From positions 689 to 64,688 of the forward strand of contig CALXEX010000004.1 in assembly GCA_944387445.1 (NCBI GenBank): DNA of 64,000 nt, written 5' to 3'. Under the pieces are notes generated by a model. The model saw nothing but the letters and a program-made list of their open reading frames with translations. It had not been told where the DNA came from and ran no database searches. Both the position numbers and the translations under genes were made by a program. Positions 58,695-64,000 of this stretch are shown here, piece after piece; position 1 is the first letter of the stretch, and the number at the start of each line of letters is the position of its first letter. This stretch comes from an uncultured Clostridia bacterium. Its GTDB lineage: Bacteria > Bacillota > Clostridia > TANB77 > CAG-508.

Positions 58695-60077
58695 ATGAAA
58701 AAAATAGCCATTATTATGTGTAATGATATGCATATGGACATAGAACGGTCCAATGTCTTACTAAATTACATTGTACAAAATGGTAATTATGAAATTGTCT
58801 GTGATTATACAATTGCAGATATTGTCATTATTCAAACTTGTGCTTTTGGAAATGGTAAAAGATATAGTATGCAAGTCATTGCAGATGTAAGAGTAAATGC
58901 CAATCCAAATGCCAAAATCATCGTAACGGGGTGTTTATTACCAATTAACAAAGAGGAATTAAAAGTGATTCCTGGAATAGAAGTAAAAAGCTTTGATGAA
59001 CTAATTCTTATGTTCAAAAAAGCAGATATACATCTATATCAGGAAATCGTTCCTCAAAATAAGGTGATTATCTCAGAAGGATGTTTAAAAAGATGTTCTT
59101 ATTGTGTATATCCCTTAATTGCTGGCAAATACACTAGTAAGCCAATGGGTGATATTTTGTCAGAAGTTGCAAGATTATATGAGACGGAAACAAATATCTA
59201 TTTAACAGGGGCACAAGAAACATCAGATTATGGCAGAGATTTATATGGCGAACCGAGTTTTGCGAAGTTGTTACAAAAAATTTGTACACAATTTCCGAAT
59301 TGTAACTATATCATTGGCTGGTTTCATCCGGCAGGGTTAACAGAAGAAATGATTTCTGTGATAGCACAAAATAAAAATATCATAGAAATTATGCTTCATA
59401 TCCAGCATGTGGATGAAACAATTCTTAAAAATATGAATCGACCCACAATGAAATTTACAGATGAGAAGATTCAGAAATTAAGAAAATTACGGCCAGATTT
59501 GGCTATTTCAACTGAAGTGATAGTTGGGTTTCCTAGAGAAACCCAACTGGAATTTCAAAAATTAGTGAAGTATTTAAGTAAAGGATATTTCACTGATATA
59601 GGAGTAGCAAGTTATGAACAGGTTTTGGGTACCGACGCTTCTGTGATGGAAAATCAAATTCCAGAAGGCATAAAAAAACAAAGACTACAATTCATCCAGA
59701 CGAAATTTAAAGCTTGTATTTATCCAGGCAATAAGGATAATTTTACGATGTCAGTTATTGAGGAATATATGAAAGCATATGATTTATTTTGTCAACTGCC
59801 TAAGTATATTTTGAATAACAGACAAAAATATAATTGTATTGCTGGGGTAGATACGAAGGCTAAAACGGAAGAGTTGGAAGAAATTTTAAAAGAAGTTCTG
59901 GAATATATTATAAATTCCAGAGGTGAATTTGATTTTCAAAAGAATAAAAAAATTCTAACTGAAAAATATACAGCAGATGCGAGAATGCTATTTTGTAGTA
60001 TGATAGAAAGAGGGAATTTCAAAGAAGGAATAAAGCAAAGAGCAAAAAAATTGTTATTAGATGACAACCAAGATTAA
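58695..60077 (+). CDS. methylthiotransferase-like radical SAM enzyme (MiaB/RimO family fold) without a recognisable TRAM domain
   Basis: MTTase N-domain Cys triad (IIMCND, QTCAF, TGCLL) and radical SAM CLKRCSYC. The ATG at 58695 is 8 nt after GGAG. The track start at 58614 overlaps the upstream gene. Confidence 0.75.
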   Translation: MKKIAIIMCNDMHMDIERSNVLLNYIVQNGNYEIVCDYTIADIVIIQTCAFGNGKRYSMQVIADVRVNANPNAKIIVTGCLLPINKEELKVIPGIEVKSFDELILMFKKADIHLYQEIVPQNKVIISEGCLKRCSYCVYPLIAGKYTSKPMGDILSEVARLYETETNIYLTGAQETSDYGRDLYGEPSFAKLLQKICTQFPNCNYIIGWFHPAGLTEEMISVIAQNKNIIEIMLHIQHVDETILKNMNRPTMKFTDEKIQKLRKLRPDLAISTEVIVGFPRETQLEFQKLVKYLSKGYFTDIGVASYEQVLGTDASVMENQIPEGIKKQRLQFIQTKFKACIYPGNKDNFTMSVIEEYMKAYDLFCQLPKYILNNRQKYNCIAGVDTKAKTEELEEILKEVLEYIINSRGEFDFQKNKKILTEKYTADARMLFCSMIERGNFKEGIKQRAKKLLLDDNQD

Positions 60078-60095
60078 ATTTATGAAAGGAGTAGT

Positions 60096-60758
60096 ATGAA
60101 AATTCAGCGTGTTATTCGTTTTAAAAGAGAGCCTTTAAATAAAGGTGATCCAAAAGAACGGGAAGAAGCTATCCGTGTAAATCACGATGCTTCAGAAAAT
60201 ATACAACAAGAAGAATGCAGACCATCTCCAAAATTAAAGCTTCCAAAAGAATTTAATGATGCAAATATGCAACTAAGAACATGTATCAGATTAGCTTTCG
60301 AAGAAAGAAACAAGGAAAATCTATTTGGAGTATTTGGACCCGATGCAGAAAGAATGATAAACGAATTAAAGAGAGATGTGATCGATAGACGTGATTGTAT
60401 TGTTAGCTTAACATATTCTTCAGAGTTTGGAAGTATAAAGAGTTATGAGGAATTATGTGACTATATTGCAAGAGGATTGCAACAGATGTCTGGAGAAGAA
60501 TTTATAGAAGGATACACATCTGAAAAAATCATTTCAGAGATTATAGATTTATACAAAATTGGGTTAGTTGATATGTGGAGTAGGCCACAAAAAGTTTTCA
60601 TTCTAATCAATTTCGAGATTATGAATCTTGAGATTTTGAGAAAACTTTCAAGTCTACAATCTTCAGATTTGATTATTCTTGTATGGTCTAACGAGACCAG
60701 AGATGGTATAGAAGATTTCTTCTATGATGGAAACTTTATTTTTGCAAATTTAACATAA
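60096..60758 (+). CDS. hypothetical protein, paralog A of the next gene
   Basis: AAAGGAG RBS. Shares MKI(Q/E)RVIRF, GVFG, L(R/K)(K/R)LS.LQSS(D/E)LII and GNFI blocks with the 60781 ORF. Confidence 0.6.
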   Translation: MKIQRVIRFKREPLNKGDPKEREEAIRVNHDASENIQQEECRPSPKLKLPKEFNDANMQLRTCIRLAFEERNKENLFGVFGPDAERMINELKRDVIDRRDCIVSLTYSSEFGSIKSYEELCDYIARGLQQMSGEEFIEGYTSEKIISEIIDLYKIGLVDMWSRPQKVFILINFEIMNLEILRKLSSLQSSDLIILVWSNETRDGIEDFFYDGNFIFANLT

Positions 60759-60780
60759 TATTTCAGAAAGGAAAAAAAGT

Positions 60781-61599
60781 ATGAAAATTGAGCGTGTTAT
60801 TCGGTTTCAAAAACCTCAAAATACAGAGGATGTTAATGAAGCCGTCAGAAAAGTAGAAAGCACAGGCATTGGTTTTCGGACTTTAGAAGATGTGCAATCA
60901 AGAGGTGGCATACCTGATGGAGAATTTCATTCCCAAGTAGTGATGGAAAAATCAGGCCCGAGTGCTTTTGACCAGTTAAAACGGAGAATGGAAATTGTTT
61001 TGGCTGGGAGAGCTTCCAATATGATTGGCGTTTTTGGGATAAATGCAGACAATGTGATTGGACAAATGATGAAAGATCCGATTTTCCAGAATGTTAATTT
61101 TTTGGGTAAAATAGAACAATCGCCTGGAAGTGATATTTATAATTATATTGCAGCAATTTTAATGGACTATCTTAACCAAAAAGTAGGTGGAAGGCGTGAT
61201 TTGGAGTATGAAAGGAGAGAGGCTTTTAGAACAATTGAAACTATTTATGATTCTCATGAAACTCATGGTACAGCATTAGATGTTTTACATCAGACTGCAA
61301 TGAAAGCCAAAAGGGATAGTTATATTTTAACTGCCCTCAATCAAATTAATAGAATAGATAATTATGTATCTTATTCAAGAGAAAGAGAGTATAAATTTCT
61401 GTTAATTGTGGAATTACAAAAAGTGGATTATGTGACACTTAAAAGGCTTTCAAATTTGCAATCCTCAGAGTTAATTATCATTACATATTCTTTATTTAAA
61501 TTAGAATATGCGCTGGATAGTGAAACAATGGGGAGCATAGGAGGTAATAATATCATAGGAAAGTTTTTCCCTGCTGGTAACTTTATTATGGCAGATTGA
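60781..61599 (+). CDS. hypothetical protein, paralog B
   Basis: Same conserved blocks as paralog A. 272 aa. Confidence 0.6.
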   Translation: MKIERVIRFQKPQNTEDVNEAVRKVESTGIGFRTLEDVQSRGGIPDGEFHSQVVMEKSGPSAFDQLKRRMEIVLAGRASNMIGVFGINADNVIGQMMKDPIFQNVNFLGKIEQSPGSDIYNYIAAILMDYLNQKVGGRRDLEYERREAFRTIETIYDSHETHGTALDVLHQTAMKAKRDSYILTALNQINRIDNYVSYSREREYKFLLIVELQKVDYVTLKRLSNLQSSELIIITYSLFKLEYALDSETMGSIGGNNIIGKFFPAGNFIMAD

Positions 61600-61620
61600 T
61601 AAAGATAGGAGGGATTTACA

Positions 61621-62910
61621 ATGATTTATATTGACCTTGATGAACATAAGATTTACCGTAAGTCTTATCAGGATTCTGATAGTGCTTCTTATTCAGGAAC
61701 TGGTTTCTTTCTAGAATCTGCAAAACTAATTATTGATAAAATGTTCGAAGAATATTTCATGGAATTTTATCAAGAAAACGCCATGAAGTCACAGATGACT
61801 GAAATCTGGAAACAAATATCAATAAACATTCCTGAGGAAACAGTATTTGTGGTAAAAAATGCACAACAGTATTATTTAACTGAAGATTTGCATTTTGAAA
61901 CTATACCAGAAGTATTTTTTGAAATTAGTAATACTGCCCACATTGTTTTGGCAGAATGTTTTGAGACATGCTATTCAAGATTTACTGACTGGATGGGAAA
62001 CTATAAAGACTGGAAACAGAAAGAAATCAACTTGCCTACTATATATATAAGTGAAAGAAAGCATCCAGACGTAGGAGGAGTAGAAGGCTTCTTTGAGGAT
62101 GAAAAAGTAAGGTTTGAGCGTATTTTAAATGTCTCTTTGAAGCCAAAAATGATTGATTCTGTAAGCCCAAAGATTATGGAACTCTATAGAAGTGAAATCT
62201 TGGATAACGAACCAATTATGCTTATCATTAAAACGGATGGGGACACTAGAGAAATCTATAGTGTTTCGAACGAATTAATGGTTAAAAAAGTTCAGTATCT
62301 TCATATGGAAAGGCAATTACAGGAAATCATTAGTAGACATGTGCCAGTAGACTCTGATTTTCTGGCAAATAGGCTGTATAATTATATTTGGATGCCGTCA
62401 AAGTGGATAAAGCCATATATCAGAATAGAAACAGTTAATAAGAATGGCATAAATGCTACATTATTTATAACTGATAGGCAAATTCCTATTGTTTCCGATT
62501 TAGAGTTTAAGAAAGTTTATACATTTGCATTGATTGAACATAATGCAAATGTATATCCAAATTCTCCCTATAGTATGTGTGGAGATTTTATCAGTATTCA
62601 ACCGGTTTCTCCTGAAGAGGGATTACGGGAGATGCAAGAAATGAATGAAACGATGTTTCAGGATATGACTTGTTATGTAGAATATGTAGGGAAAAAATAT
62701 AGGATTCATGGAATGGATCCCGATACTTGTAAAGAGGGAACATGGGATGAGGAAGATAGTTTGGTGTATGAACTGAAACAAGGCGAGTTGAGTTTGATGG
62801 AAAGCTTGACTCTTGAGGCTATAAAGGATGGTTGGTCTAGGATAAAAGAGGTGGCTAGAAAAGCACGAAAAGAAGGCGTCTATGCATTCTTCAAAGTTGA
62901 ATTTTTCTAA
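61621..62910 (+). CDS. hypothetical 429-aa protein
   Basis: TAGGAGGG RBS. No recognisable domain. Last gene before the terminator. Confidence 0.6.
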   Translation: MIYIDLDEHKIYRKSYQDSDSASYSGTGFFLESAKLIIDKMFEEYFMEFYQENAMKSQMTEIWKQISINIPEETVFVVKNAQQYYLTEDLHFETIPEVFFEISNTAHIVLAECFETCYSRFTDWMGNYKDWKQKEINLPTIYISERKHPDVGGVEGFFEDEKVRFERILNVSLKPKMIDSVSPKIMELYRSEILDNEPIMLIIKTDGDTREIYSVSNELMVKKVQYLHMERQLQEIISRHVPVDSDFLANRLYNYIWMPSKWIKPYIRIETVNKNGINATLFITDRQIPIVSDLEFKKVYTFALIEHNANVYPNSPYSMCGDFISIQPVSPEEGLREMQEMNETMFQDMTCYVEYVGKKYRIHGMDPDTCKEGTWDEEDSLVYELKQGELSLMESLTLEAIKDGWSRIKEVARKARKEGVYAFFKVEFF

Positions 62911-62911
62911 C

Positions 62912-62956
62912 AAAAAAGATTTAAAGGTCGCAATTAGCGACCTTTAAATCTTTTTT
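62912..62956. terminator. strong bidirectional terminator closing the operon
   Basis: A6-gatttaaaggtcgc-aatta-gcgacctttaaatc-T6. Confidence 0.85.
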
Positions 62957-62957
62957 G

Positions 62958-62986
62958 TTGAAGAAATTATGTAAATATGGTATAAT
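62958..62986 (+). promoter_or_regulatory. promoter of the terminal radical SAM gene
   Basis: TTGAAG, 17 nt, then TGgTATAAT (extended -10). Confidence 0.5.
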
Positions 62987-63097
62987 ACAGAAGATACATA
63001 TAAACTATGTTTAAGAAATTTAATTTGAGTTATTTTAACTTTAAAAAATTCTTAAACAAATGCACATTGAAAAACAAATATATGGAGGAGGAAAACG

Positions 63098-64000
63098 ATG
63101 AAAAATCAAAGTGCATCAACTTATTTAGAGAGTATTAGTGGAGTACTTAGCACTACACTCAATCCGGAAGGACCAGGAGCAGTTCGCATTCATTTGGTTC
63201 CTGCAAGGAAAGGAAAACGTAATCAACCAGCAATGGTGGTTCTCAATGGATGGAGAATCATTACATTAAAATCTGCTTGGGCTATACTCCTTGCTATTTT
63301 TATTCGCAAGGTAAATAAGCACGCAGGCAATGAGGTAACGGAAATCGATTTGAGCAAAATTGTTGAGGAGACTGCTGATGAGATGCATCAGATTTTTCCT
63401 CGTCATTTCAAGTTCAGATTCAAACGGGACCTTAAAGAAATGCTTGGCACAATGATTGCCATAGCTAAAGGAGAGAAAGTCAAAGGAAATATCGGCATGT
63501 CAATTGATGATTATGCAGATAGAATGGCTGGACCTCTTAGAATGGATCTTATGATAAGTGCCATGAAAAAATCCGGGCATTGGAACTGTAATCAAAAATG
63601 TGTCTATTGCTATGCAGCAGGGCAGTCACAGGCAGAAGTGCCGGAGCTTTCTACAGCTGAATGGATCGAGATCATTGACAAACTGTGGAATGAGGCTTAT
63701 GTTTCTCAAATCACTTTTACTGGTGGAGAACCTACCAGAAGAGATGATCTTGTAGATCTGATTAACCATTCAAAACAGTTTGTAACTCGCTTGAATACAA
63801 ACGGACTTGCACTTGAGGACGAAGTTCTTTGTCAAAGACTTTATGATGCTTGTCTGGATTCTGTGCAGGTTACGTTGTATTCTTCTGATCCGGAAATTCA
63901 CAATCGTTTGGTAGGTATTTCGAATGGTTTCGAAAGAACGGTTCAGGGAATCAAAAATGCCCTGGAGATAGGGTTAAATGTGAGTATCAATACTCCCATT
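63098..64000 (+). CDS. radical SAM protein with an approximately 160-aa N-terminal extension; 3' end outside the window (not in the ORF track)
   Basis: My translation from the ATG at 63098 (after GGAGGAGG) gives MKNQSASTYLES...HWNCNQKCVYCYAAGQS (Cx3Cx2C), ITFTGGEPT and RLNTNG. The frame is open to nt 64000. Confidence 0.75.
   Translation, partial: MKNQSASTYLESISGVLSTTLNPEGPGAVRIHLVPARKGKRNQPAMVVLNGWRIITLKSAWAILLAIFIRKVNKHAGNEVTEIDLSKIVEETADEMHQIFPRHFKFRFKRDLKEMLGTMIAIAKGEKVKGNIGMSIDDYADRMAGPLRMDLMISAMKKSGHWNCNQKCVYCYAAGQSQAEVPELSTAEWIEIIDKLWNEAYVSQITFTGGEPTRRDDLVDLINHSKQFVTRLNTNGLALEDEVLCQRLYDACLDSVQVTLYSSDPEIHNRLVGISNGFERTVQGIKNALEIGLNVSINTPI

Noticed and set aside
60096-61599. Degenerate P-loop NTPase interpretation of the paralogs (GVFGxxA as Walker A, hhhhE as Walker B).
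   Set aside because: There is no GK(S/T) and no other NTPase motifs. The resemblance is too weak to report as a call.

Overview
The window is a low-G+C, gene-dense chromosomal segment of Firmicutes/Bacillota type, judged from AGGAGG ribosome-binding sites, TTGACA-17-TATAAT promoters, a T-box leader and SpoVB/VanW/Dac-type envelope genes. All protein calls rest on motifs I recognise by eye in the supplied translations; no database or HMM search was possible.

Housekeeping backbone:
- tgt (5' end outside the window)
- a fabH-fabD-fabG-fabF-accB-fabZ block
- pfk and an iron-type alcohol dehydrogenase
- a T-box leader followed by an acyltransferase, a small ORF and valS
- a heterodimeric ABC exporter
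- rpmE, miaB and mutS

Accessory blocks between them:
- (i) 21.2-25.3 kb: small hydrolase and transferase genes.
- (ii) 28.7-37.3 kb: a tightly packed six-gene cluster that looks like an uncharacterised membrane-lipid or prenyl-phosphate modification pathway. It holds a BtaA/DUF3419-like protein, a CdsA/dolichol-kinase-like protein, a GNAT, an acyl-AMP ligase, a UbiA-like protein and a rifampicin-phosphotransferase-like PEP-utilising enzyme.
- (iii) 37.4-41.1 kb: the radical-SAM/DUF4130 putative DNA-repair pair, divergent from two tandem double-OB-fold SSB-like paralogs whose 5' leaders share identical blocks.
- (iv) 41.2-42.2 kb: an FtsZ core protein with no C-terminal tail.
- (v) 52.8-56.3 kb: a cytoplasmic glucoamylase-like/GH3 pair.
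- (vi) 56.4-62.9 kb: the best candidate for a new system. It is a single-promoter, single-terminator six-gene operon that is richer in G+C than its surroundings in its first two genes. It encodes a Ycf46-like AAA+ ATPase, a DUF1257-DUF2997 fusion protein, a methylthiotransferase-like radical SAM enzyme with no visible TRAM domain, two paralogous unknown proteins and a 429-aa unknown protein. A further radical SAM gene follows and runs off the window.

Two envelope genes, a D-Ala-D-Ala carboxypeptidase and a spoVB-like flippase, are each split by a single frameshift. A 32-codon response-regulator remnant is also present. I found no rRNA, tRNA, CRISPR array, transposase or integrase.
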